Below, in pieces: positions 14,197-25,200 of a stretch of 64,000 bases of DNA (position 1 is the first letter of the stretch; each line of letters starts with the position of its first letter). The translations under genes were made by a program, and so were the position numbers. Source of the stretch: Ruditapes philippinarum (lineage: Eukaryota); the NCBI RefSeq assembly GCF_026571515.1, contig NW_026852705.1, positions 62,001 through 126,000 of the forward strand. The letters are read 5' to 3'. A model generated the notes under the pieces. The model made no database searches. It had not been told where the DNA came from and saw only the letters and a program-made list of their open reading frames with translations.

Positions 14197-15486
14197 ATGG
14201 ATTTAAAACCATCTGAAATATACTATTCACAAGACAGTATAAGCAAATGTTTTCGTAGGAAGTCATCCCACGGGACACAAACAATAGGTCAAACACTAGA
14301 TCAAGTTATTGCTGGTGACTGTTCGATAACTGACATACCTAAAATATCTATTTTGAAACTACCAGGGAACCACAATAAGTGGTTTTCTGATGACAATCGA
14401 CGACTTTGGGTATTTAAACAACTTGAACGGTTGGGTAATATAGATACTGTAAGAGTTAAATGCACTGTCTATAACTATAATCGACATAGTAAAAAAATAA
14501 CAACAAAGAATGGAGGTGTTTCAATTAAAATCCGAGGTGACGGTCAGCCCGGGGGAGCCGCGCACACATTGCCAGACAATTGTTACGATAAAAAAAAGGG
14601 AAACCTTGGAAAAGTAAAAAAAGAAAATGACGATCAACAGAAAATGATATCGGGCAACAGAGAAGTGCAGCAAGGATCATTTCCATCCTATATAAATAGT
14701 ACTAGCCAACCAACCGTGGGGTCATCGTGCGAAGACAAAGAACCATTGAAATCATCTGCACACCAAGAAAGTGCAGGTTTTTCAGAAAGTTTAAAAAAAA
14801 TGCACGTTTCAGACGGGGGAAAAGTATCATGTAAAAGCTCAGGCTCATCAAACAAGGATGACGTTGGTACAAATGTTGTCACTCTAAGTAATCGGTACCC
14901 TTTTAATACAAAATATGAAAATGATGCCGATACTGGATACGCAGTAACAGGAGAATATAAAGGGCCATACAAAGCCAGAGTTGGTCTGCTGACCAAAGTT
15001 GATACTATTTGTGAATCCAAGCCAACGACAAGACAATTAGAACCATCAAAATGCCAACACCATGAAAAACTTCGAGCTGAACGTCCCAATCCTACTTCTT
15101 CTTATCAGAAAACATTTGCGAACGAAGTGCAAACTGTTCCGTCGAAAACAGTTAAACACATCGCCTCCCACTATACTGCTTCTACTAAAGTGAAAACAAT
15201 AGAAGCACAACCACCTCGAATTCAACATACAGTTGCTGTATCTAAGAGTGCCGATGCAGTAAAGGATGAACGCAGTTTGTCCATAAAAGACATCTGTACT
15301 TCAGCGTTTGGTTCCAACAACTCCAGATCTATCCCAGTGGAAATAAGTCATAGAAAAAAGAGTCGTCAGTCGTACATCACGGAAGAACAAGTAGAACGAA
15401 ACATGAAACTATTGTTATTTCGCCAACGGTACAAGGAGTTACTACCAGAAACTTGGACTACATATTCTTGCAAAGCAAGTGATTAA
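14197..15486 (+). CDS. Intronless 429-aa ParB-like domain protein (paralog B)
   Basis: Open ORF colinear with 7065-8516; keeps YYSQDSI and DNRRLWVFK; lacks a 171-nt in-frame segment present in A. Confidence 0.85.
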   Translation: MDLKPSEIYYSQDSISKCFRRKSSHGTQTIGQTLDQVIAGDCSITDIPKISILKLPGNHNKWFSDDNRRLWVFKQLERLGNIDTVRVKCTVYNYNRHSKKITTKNGGVSIKIRGDGQPGGAAHTLPDNCYDKKKGNLGKVKKENDDQQKMISGNREVQQGSFPSYINSTSQPTVGSSCEDKEPLKSSAHQESAGFSESLKKMHVSDGGKVSCKSSGSSNKDDVGTNVVTLSNRYPFNTKYENDADTGYAVTGEYKGPYKARVGLLTKVDTICESKPTTRQLEPSKCQHHEKLRAERPNPTSSYQKTFANEVQTVPSKTVKHIASHYTASTKVKTIEAQPPRIQHTVAVSKSADAVKDERSLSIKDICTSAFGSNNSRSIPVEISHRKKSRQSYITEEQVERNMKLLLFRQRYKELLPETWTTYSCKASD

Positions 15487-17180
15487 ACTTGCCATATTTT
15501 AAGAAAATTATATTTATTCATTTTAGTAAAGAGTATAAAACATTTGAATGGTGTGTAATTTTTATTATTTATTGAATCAAAGATGCTTCTTATCAGTTGA
15601 GATGTCATGGATTTTCAAAGATTTACTACAGGACATATACATATGCTAGATTGCTTCAATGCCATCATTGTCATTGTGATATTTTTACTTAATTCTCATT
15701 TGTTTATATAAAGTTAGTCATAAGTACTAAAATAAAGTGATCTTAAACAATAAAATCGTTCATTGTTGAACATAGAAATGCAAACATAACTTAATATATG
15801 GGACTGGAAAATGTAATGATACATTTTGAGAAACCTTGCATAAAAATTGTGCAGCTGGAATGTACATTTTTGCGTTTTCTTTTTCAAGAAAGGCATGATA
15901 TCAATTCTATATATATAACAGATGACGTAACTTTTGTGACTCATGGCACTTAATTCATGGAAACATAATATATTTAATATTATTGAATCACGCATCGAAT
16001 TTTACCGTGGTAATGAACATCTTTTTACCACCTAAACCTAGACTTACTTTACGGCATCTCAGAAAGGATATATTAGCGTTCCACTCTAAATTTGTTTTAG
16101 TTCCGGCAGACAAGGCGGCCAATAACATAATCATTGTATGACGTATTCATTATATAAATGTTTTACAAAATGAACTTAACAGCACCAATACTTATTCTAA
16201 AACCGTTCTTTCTGAAAGAGATATTGTGAACAGTCATATTTCTAGTATTTCTAACTTTAAAGTACGTGTTGATGAGAAAGAGCTTAAACTTCCTATCATG
16301 TACTGGATTCCAAAATTACATAAACATCCATATAAAGCCCGCTTTATTGCTAATTCTTTATCTTGTACTACCAGTAATCTTTCTATTTTATTGACTTCTT
16401 GTCTTACTGCCATCAAGACACATGTAATTAGATACTGTGAAACTGTTTATGAAAATACGGGCAAAAATCTGTTTTGGTCTATTAAAAATTCAACTGAAAT
16501 TTTAGATAAGTTTAAAGTTAAGAATTATCAAGCTTCATCTGTAAGTACTTACGATTTCTCTACCTTATATACAACATTGCCGCATAATCTTATAAATGAT
16601 AAATTAGTATCTTTAATTCAAAAAACATTTGCAAGAGAACAGGTCACGTTTCTTGCTTGCAATTCAAAGAAGGCTTTCTTTACCAATGTTATCATTAAAC
16701 AATATACAATGTGGACCTGTGACGAAGTTTGTAAAGCACTTTCTTTTTTATTAGATAACATTTTTGTCAGGTTTGGTAATACAGTTTTCAAACAGGTAAT
16801 AGGCATTCCAATGGGAACTAATTGTGCCCCCCTGATAGCTGATTTATTTCTTTATTGCTATGAGAGGGATTTTATGTTAAGTCTTTCCCCTACTTCGCAT
16901 CAGGAAATTATACATGCATTTAACAACACTTCCCGCTACCTAGATGATATTTTTAACATGAATAATCCTTATTTCGATCAATTGGTTTCTAAAATATATC
17001 CCAGTGAACTTAAATTGAATAAAACTAACTCTTCAGACGTTATTACATCTTTTTTAGATTTAAACATTTCTATCATTAACAATACTATAGTAACTAAAAT
17101 CTACGATAAAAGAGATGATTTTGATTTTAATATTGTTAACTATCCACATTTAGATGGAGATGTACCTCATGCTACATCAT

Positions 17181-19912
17181 CACCGTAGGGAACGTGTTAC
17201 AGTATCGCGTTTTTCGGTTACAGTATAGAATTTTCAAGATGGAGGATTATTTGTGGGAAGAGAGGTAGGTGATTTTTATTCAGGTCCATACTACTAGTAG
17301 TGTAGTTTCTAAAAGATGTTTTTGTGCTTTGCTTGTAAGGAACAGAATCCGGTATCTAGTCATATATTTCTTTAGACCCTGCACCGCAGATTTATCTCTT
17401 TATGCTCTCATAAATGTGCGGATTTGACGGTTTAAAAATTTGAATCGAGAGAACAACGCATTTTTCTCCCATTCCGACATTATTTAAGCATGTCTAGATA
17501 AAGTAAATCTACAAAACGTTAGTCCTTTATGTTTAGAAACGTTTATAAACGTGTATAAAACGTTTTACCAGTTGAACCTATTTTCCTGTTGGTAAAATGC
17601 GTTTGAAAAAATAAACAATGTTACAGTATAGAGCGAGGTTAATTTTGAATGGTTACAGCATAGACCTAGCGACTTTGATCCAATTTTGTTACAGTTTATA
17701 CCCAGATTTCGGTTACAGTTTAGATACTTGCCAAATTTCAAACAAAGTTCGTGTATCCATTATTTTTATGAAATAACTCATACCTTTCTATTTAATACAT
17801 TCTTGAAAGGTTGTATTACTTTTTTTCTTCAGCAGAAAAGTGATAGTTTGCTATTTTTCTTACTTTAAGTTTCAGATTGAGACTTTTTGCAGAATAAGTA
17901 ATGTCCTAAGTAAGGACTGTTTTCACGACAACAACAGTAACTTTTATCGAATTGTAATGAGAGAAGAAAGATTATTGCTTGATTTCATTACACATTATAA
18001 TAATGCCTATTAGTAATAAAATAGAGAAAAAAGAATCCTTAACAGAAGTCCAACACGGAAAACATGAAAATGTTGCAGGCTCAGTTTGACTAAACCTGTT
18101 CATGGACGGTAGTGGTAACTGCAAGCTACCATTCACGCCTCCTAGCACCGATTTCAGCAGAATTCACATTATATATGAACTTGTACACTTCAGATTTTTT
18201 AACATCTGTGGATGTGTTCATATGGCGGTTATCATGGAACCTTCAATGTGACACGTTATTGCCATTCTATGAAAAGCGGCATATTACCCCCAGGTTAAAA
18301 ATTGCGTGTGCCATAAACGAGAATACAATGAGTGAAACTAAACAAAATGAAATTTTGAGAGGGGATCGGCGGTTATGAAGCCTGCATACCATAGATAAGC
18401 TGTCAAAAGACACAATTAACAATCAGGCAATACCCTAAGAATGATTAAACAGTATTTAAGTGAGCAATACTGCAACCTTAAATTCTATTTTAAGTTGGAA
18501 TTTCCATCTACCATAATGTATTTTGTAAGTATTTAAAAGGGTTTATGAACATTTTCAATTTTGTTGTGTTGGAATTTCTTTAGGGATTCTGTTTAACTCT
18601 ATTTTGTTACGTTTGGCTTTCTTGGATTTTAAGTTTCAACGACACTGAGGTCATGTGAAAACATTCCTGCTTTAGTGTAAAGAAAGACCCCAGATACCCT
18701 TTGTGAAACATTTCAGACACGAGCGCCTGACTAGAACCACCGACCTTCCGTAAATTAGCTTGATAGATTCCTCACATACAAAGAATCCAAAGTCATGATT
18801 GGATTTCAACTACAGCAGTAAATGAAAGATGATTTGAAGTCGACGGCCTTATCCCGACTCTGCCACTATTATGTACCTCCATCACTAGAGAAGATATTGT
18901 AATTGTCTGACCTTAATTTATACTCTATAACTTTCAATATTATTTTCTTTTTCAGAAACATGAAAACTGCTATACAGGATGTCTGAAATAAAAAAAACGA
19001 CTTTTAATTTTATAATGACAAAATAATCGTAACTTCAACAAAGAAGCATTCGAAATGACGCCATGATCATGATTTGATTTGAATGTTTTTGGTTCGAGAT
19101 GAGAAGGGTCTTTAAACATTGGCTTTTTTCAAAATCTATGTTTTGGGTTTTCGTATCCCCGATTGCAACCGAAACCATTTGAACAACTTAATTGGTAGAA
19201 AGTCATGTAAATTTCATCACATTTAGTCAAGTAGTTATACTGAGCGGATGAGATTGCACACACATGTGTACGACAGACGGCCGAAAAGCCATCGTGCCAA
19301 TAAGCTCACAGAGATTTAAAAGTCTATGTAACATTCATACATTTTACCTAGTATAATTATATAGAAAATATCGAAGTCTAAACTGTAACCGAAATCTGGG
19401 TAGAAACTGTAACAAAATTGGATCAAAGTCGCTAGGTCTATGCTGTAACCCTGCACAAATTATCTCGCTCTATACTGTAACATTGTTTATTTTTTCAAAC
19501 GCATTTTACCAACAGGAAAATAGGTTCAACTGGTCATTTACTTTTATAAACGTTTCCTAACATAAAGGACTAACGTTTTGCAGATTTACTTTTTCTAGGC
19601 ATGCATAAATAATGTCGAAATTGCAGAAAAATGCGTTGGTCTCTCGATTCAAATTTTCAAACTGTCAAATCTGCAAATTTATGAGACAATATAGCGATAA
19701 ATCTGCGGTGCAGGGTCTGAAGAAATATATGACTAGATACCGGATTCTGTTCCTAACAAGCAAAGCACAAAAACATCTTTTAGAAACTAAACTACTTGTA
19801 GTATGGACCGGAATAAAAATCACCTACCTCTCTTCCCAACAAATAATCCTCCATCTTTAAAATTCTATACTGTAACCGAAAAACGCGATACTGTAACACG
19901 TTCCCTACGGTG
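17181..19912. mobile_element. Non-autonomous DNA transposon, ~545-bp TIRs, CAC...GTG ends, 5-bp TSD ATCAT (Transib-like signature)
   Basis: Left end CACCGTAGGGAACGTGTTACAG is the reverse complement of the right end finishing at 19912; the inverted match spans ~17181-17724 and ~19377-19912; ATCAT at 17176-17180 and 19913-19917. Confidence 0.93.
18640..18870 (-). mobile_element. Degenerate SINE nested inside the TIR transposon
   Basis: agaaccaccgaccttccgtaa..agct.gatag..cctcacat matches the SINE at 10481-10590 and 39513-39775. Confidence 0.6.
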
Positions 19913-20342
19913 ATCATATGGGGTGTATATTTCTCAATTAATTAGATTTGCTAGGGCGTGAAGTCATGTTGATGATTTTAATGAACGCAATTTATTTATT
20001 ACTAACAAACTTCTTAAACAAGGTTATCGCTATCATAAATTGCGTAAATATTTTATTAAGATTTACCATCGTAATTCAGACTTAGTTTTAAAATTTAATT
20101 ATAATTTAAAAACTCTTTTACGACAAGGTTTTACCAAGCCTGACTTCTATGGAGATGTGGTTTACAAACTTCGTAGGATCATGGGTCATAGTAATTTTTC
20201 TGCCGTCTTCACTAAAATTATCAAACGGTTTATTAAAAGAGGTTATGACCCAATTATTTTAAGGCATACCGCATGCTTGGTGTTCAACCCTTTTACAGTT
20301 GGATGCTACGCTTTCCTCTTTTGATTACATCTGACGGACCAA

Positions 20343-20413
20343 GTGGGAGACTCTATGATGGACAGTTCTTAAAGCCCTTTGGGGACTGAATTGTCTTAAT
20401 GTTCGTCTTCTGC
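20343..20413 (+). promoter_or_regulatory. SECIS-like element (type II fold) overlapping the RT stop codon; 3' core degenerate
   Basis: ATGA 20355-58, 12 nt, AAA 20371-73. Helix II GACAGTTC/GAATTGTC, apical mini-stem CCC-TTT-GGG, helix I GTGGGAGAC/GTCTTCTGC. The 3' core reads TAAT (20397-400) instead of TGAT. Confidence 0.65.
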
Positions 20414-20626
20414 CTTGCTTCGTCGGGCCCTTGTAGGTAATTTTCTTGTTGCTCTGCCTTCCTTTAAGGCATCGAGTACTTTGGTAATGGTCATTAGGCA
20501 GTAACTTTTTCTACATATTTATATAATTTTGTATGTGTTTTATTTATTTCGTCTAATGTAACCATGACCATTGTTAGAATTTCACTTGGCGGGGATTCAT
20601 TTTATATACATTTTCGTGTGTCATTC

Positions 20627-20736
20627 AGGAACATTTTGGGGCTAAGAGTGAGGTTTGGCGCGCCTAAAACCGGTTTAAACTCCCAAGTGGTTTAACTACC
20701 ACTATCCGTTCCAAGGCGGTACCCCTTTGTGTTCCT
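20627..20736 (+). ncRNA. Twister-ribozyme-like fold (P5-type permutation) in the retroelement 3' region
   Basis: Closing stem AGGAACAT..GGGG/CCCC..GTGTTCCT; P2 GAGT/ACTC; L1 TAA and GAGG; P3 AGTGGT/ACCACT; P4 CCG/CGG with 8-nt loop TTCCAAGG; both pseudoknots can be paired. P1 is weak. Confidence 0.55.
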
Positions 20737-22292
20737 TCACGTGTTTTTCTTGTCTGTATTGTTACTTGTTTTTGGATGTTTACATGTTTTGTTATGTCTG
20801 TCTTGTTGGATTGTCGTTGACGGTAGGTATTTTCTCCCCCCCCCTTCCATTTTTAACCCCTCCCCCACCTTTTCACCCGTACAGTCCTTTTCCCTTTAAT
20901 TCCCTTATGGGCCTGTTTTTGTTTATATTATTTCACATTACATGTCCCGCTCCTTTCGCCCTTGTGTCCACTCCAGGTACTTGTTTGGTGCCTTCTGGGT
21001 GTCCTTCTTGGGTGTGTCCGGGGGCGGCGTCCAGTGAACGTTGCCTTTGCCTTGTTGATCTTTATTCTTGTTATTTCTTATCTATGTACATAAACGGACA
21101 TTTTATTTTTTCCTTGTTAAGATAGCATTTCATAAAGTTTGTGTTATCAAGTGTATGCAATGTAGGCCCTACTTTTTTCATGTTAAGTAATATTTGTGTG
21201 TGTGTGGGGGGGGGGAGATACCAGACTTACTTTTTTCTCTATGCCTCTTCTAAGAATTTTTATATTTATATTTTTAACTATTTTTATTCGTATTGGACAT
21301 TGTTATAATAATTATATGCAACAATGCATTAGAAGGCAGTGTTACAATGTTTGACTTACTCGTACATTCGGATTATTATAGATATTATCTGATTTAGTTT
21401 TAAAATAAGACACAATACTAAGAGGTTTAGATGTCCTAAAATCACCAAAATTTAAACAAATAATTGGTCCAATTTATAATTTCTGTGTATCATACTAATG
21501 ACTCCTTGCTGGAAATTCTAACTTTATAATCGTTTAGATATAGACCAATTTTTTGCCCTAGTAAAAACGAGAAGGTCTAGATCTAACGTTGATTTTAAAA
21601 AAAAAGCTCTTGTAATCGTGATTTTACAGAACCATTTATCATTTTTAATCTGATATTGATTAACAGTAAATAAAATTAATATATTTATAAAAGTAATATT
21701 AAATGTGTGCGGATTTTTGTGTGGTACATACACACATAAAATGTTCATGCAGATACATGTATAATGAAAATGTTTATCAACATAATGAAAAATGTCAACA
21801 AAGGTCGTATACACTTTTAGGCTTCAAGTGAGCCGGGTTGAAATTTGAAAAAATGGCCCATGGAGTCAATTTTCCAAGGTGTCAAATTTAATGTTACACT
21901 GGCAGTCAGTTTTATTAAACAAAATACAATGTATGTTTGTTTAAAAGTTGTCAAAATTGAGAGAGAAAAACTTTATTATGCACTATAATGTATGTGTTTT
22001 ATTTCTAACATAAAGTTTTGAATCAATAATTGGATATGTACAAGGTTTTATTTTGGTTCCATCGTGTACAATTATCAAGCATTGAAAACAATGTGATATT
22101 TGCTATCTTCCTGCAAATAAATTCGATGATTTATATCAATGTATAAAAGATAAATCAACATATTGAATGGACCACAGACTTATTTACCTTTAGATAATAC
22201 TTTAAAACTTCTTCAACTATGTCTTGGTTGAAAAAAGTAGTAGTAACAATTATACATAAAAGTATAAAGTAGCTTCTTGAACGTTTTATTTT

Positions 22293-25200
22293 TTAAGAAA
22301 CCACAACAATTTTTAGTCTATGAAGGTTTCCACTGTTAGGAGTTGTGCTAATGAGAATCCTTTGTGCATCTTCTGGTGTGAAGGGATTGTCTGGATGGTT
22401 GTAGTGCACAATCAGATTATCGTTTAGGTACATCTGAAGATGATTAGAAATAAATTAAATAATTTGTCAAATCTATTTCAGCGATATCATTTAGATGTAC
22501 ATGTATAAAGATTATGTTTTTTATAAAATATATATAAATTTCTACCAGCCTTTTTATCATTATATATACAAATAGACATAAATTGTCATTAAAATTTAAT
22601 TGTAAAAGTTATTGACTATTGTCATACAAATATTACATAAGATTCAAGATTCAAGATTACATTCATGCCAGTCTCAATAGTGTAAATTCAGAAATGATCC
22701 TTGAAAATTAAGTACATATGTACAAGTAAATGTCCATTGTCTGAAAATCTGCTACATGTGAAAAACGCAAGGCTAGCTTCCTTTTCGATAATTAATTGTT
22801 TGCTCCTCTTTTACAAAAGTAATAATATACATGTATGAAAAAAGAAAAGAAAATTTCACACGAGATGGTCATCTTTATCATAGAAAAGCTTTATAATAAA
22901 AAAAGCTTTCGAAATATATTAACTGAAAGCTTTACTGTATTTTCAAATTGTAAAAGTTAACTGTTCATATTCTAAACTTTTGTCTTCTAGAAAAATGTAG
23001 AATAAAGACCAGATATACAGTAATACATTTCGACTTATACAACACACGGTTTGTAAAAAGTGGCTGATAAAGTACAATTTCATATAGTTTAGATGATTCA
23101 TAAGTTTCGTTTCAATATCTTGTACATTAAGACACTGCTGCCGTTTGGAATATCGATATCATATAAAATTATGATATTGACAATTTTCAACATGATAAAA
23201 CAATCAAAATCACATAATGTATGGTTTACATACGTCAGTGCCATTTTCCAGTGGTCTGATGGTCAGCTTGTGAATAGTGTCAACTGACAGCACAATATTA
23301 GCTCTAACAAAGTCCTTCTGCCAGACGCCATCAATCTTATGGTCAAGTTTCAATTCCTGGATACTAATATCTATCATAACTTTAAGGGCAACATTACCAC
23401 CATCCATTGAAAGAAGCACATATATCCTAGAAATTGAAAGACTTTGAAATATTTTGAATATTTTCTTCATATAACCTAATCTTACAATGAGCGTTAATGA
23501 ATTGGTGTTCATAAAAGACTACAGAAATCAGTATCATTTATCTTAAATAAATGGCCTAAACTAAATACTCATAATAACAAGGACAGAAATATTTTCCCAC
23601 TTTTGCGAGAGCAAAAATTTCATAATAAACAATTAAGAAATTTTATTTAAATAGTTATCACAGTGGGCTAATATATATAAAATAGTCGAGTTTTCAAATT
23701 GATGAGCCTACATCAATTTCATTGTAACATTTTAATGGGATATTTTGAACTACAAAGAACGTTCGATTCTTTGGAAACAGTCGTAGCAACTTCGTGTGTC
23801 TTGCAAAAATGCGTCCCTAAAAACAACACTCCGTCAAAATTAACCAATAAACATTCAGTAAGTCATTATTATCATTTCCGTTTGTATTTCAACTTTATAA
23901 TTACAACTGGACATAATCTGATTGTAGGATTACAAATCATTGACATAAAATCAAAATATGATTTTACGAGTGACAAGATAAACCGTCATGCATATATGTC
24001 ATACAGGTCGACTAGTGCATATAGAGACATACTGGCAATGGTATAACGTCATTGTTTTGCAGCACAAAATATCCATACATACTTACTTAATATCTGTACT
24101 AGGAAATGAAAACGATACGTCTACTGAGCTACCAACACCCAACAGCCCAGGTAGTTCCGACTTATATGAACTTGTATTTACCAGCATCTAGAAATGAAAG
24201 TGATATAATTATGGTTTGTGCAGTGGTATTTACGAAACCAATTTAAAGAAAAAGAAAAGGAGCATACATCCGCCTTTGGACTATGCTCATATTCAATAAC
24301 ATTGCAAACGATAACATAGCAATTTTTGTTTATATGCTGTGTTAATGGCGAATAAGAAGTATAGATTTTGTTAAACAGTCTTCAAAATTATTCACATCGT
24401 ATTATCGTTGTTTTAGTGGTGACAAAGATCTTAAATCTTTTATTATTACAGGTAGGTTATAAATTTGGTTGGTATATTTATCAATATGCAAATGCAAATA
24501 AGAACAATTTCCATCTACCGACTGGAGTTACTAATGAGTAATTTTGGACTCTCTTCTCATATAATTTGACCAACCAATTGCATTAAAGTTTAATTAATGA
24601 AATAAACACAAAATAACAAAGTGTTAAAAAACTGACGAAACATTGCCAATTAGTATACGTGTAAGTAAAAACTGCCTAAAACAAAAGTTACGCTAAGAAA
24701 GAACATGAAATAAAGAAATTCACTAAAAACAATACTATCACGAAAAAGTTGATGTAGATCTGTGATATTAACACATTGGTGAGATCAACGCGAGTCGGAT
24801 TTGCAATATGAAAGAGAGAAATAAGTAACCTCAATGTAGTTTAACGTATCTTTATCAATTATTTTTTTATTAGCATGTTAGAATGGAAATAGATATTAAT
24901 TTATCTTGCATTATAGTATAAAAATGCAAGACTTTCGTGATTATATTCTTGCGCATTTGAACTCCAACTGCATTATTCTACAAGTCAACAATACACTCAA
25001 AATTGATATATCTATTTCCTAAACAAAGCACCTTATCGACAAAAATAAAACATCAATTTTAAATTAAAGATACCAGCCTGAATTAATAACATAAGAAAGC
25101 AGATTTTTCGAACAGCATCGTATATAATATCTGAATTGGAAAACTGAAAATCAAATTATTGAAAAAGAAAAAAAAACATAGAAAAAAATAATTCTTACCG

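Larger units (their letters stand above)
16022..20372 (+). pseudogene. Penelope-like reverse transcriptase frame (16022-17180 joined to 19918-20372) with in-frame TGA codons, putative selenocysteines
   Basis: Removing 17181-19917 restores ...VPHATSYGVYISQ... in frame. TGA at 16139-16141 (NNIIIV*RIHY), 19959-19961 (RFARA*SH) and 20322-20324; final TAA at 20370-20372 after DSMMDSS. Confidence 0.85.
15945..21075 (+). mobile_element. 5'-truncated Penelope-like retroelement (Naiad-type, RT at C-terminus), interrupted by a DNA transposon
   Basis: RT motifs VPADKAANN, YWIPKLHK, TYDFSTLYT, GIPMGTNCAPLIADLFL, RYLDDIF, IYDKRDDF, then SYGVYISQLIRFARA after the insertion. No GIY-YIG follows the RT, and the A-B motif spacing is long. 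A +1 frameshift lies in the T-run at ~16022. Element ends are approximate. Confidence 0.88.
10235..22740 (+). repeat. Segmental tandem duplication, unit B (expanded by TE insertions)
   Basis: Matches unit A; extra sequence at ~12470-13680 and ~15490-21440. Confidence 0.9.

Noticed and set aside
17725-19376. Transposase inside the long-TIR element
   Set aside because: Only short ORFs without recognisable DDE or RAG1-like motifs.
20322-20324. Third TGA as a confident selenocysteine
   Set aside because: It is not clearly at a conserved Cys, lies very close to the SECIS, and could arise from compensating indels in the T-run; left unresolved.
20400-21100. Hammerhead ribozyme expected in Penelope-like elements
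   Set aside because: No CTGANGA...GAAA core found by eye in the element 3' region.
20727-21125. 132-aa hydrophobic, Cys/Pro-rich ORF
   Set aside because: TTG start, low complexity, lies in the retroelement 3' non-coding region.
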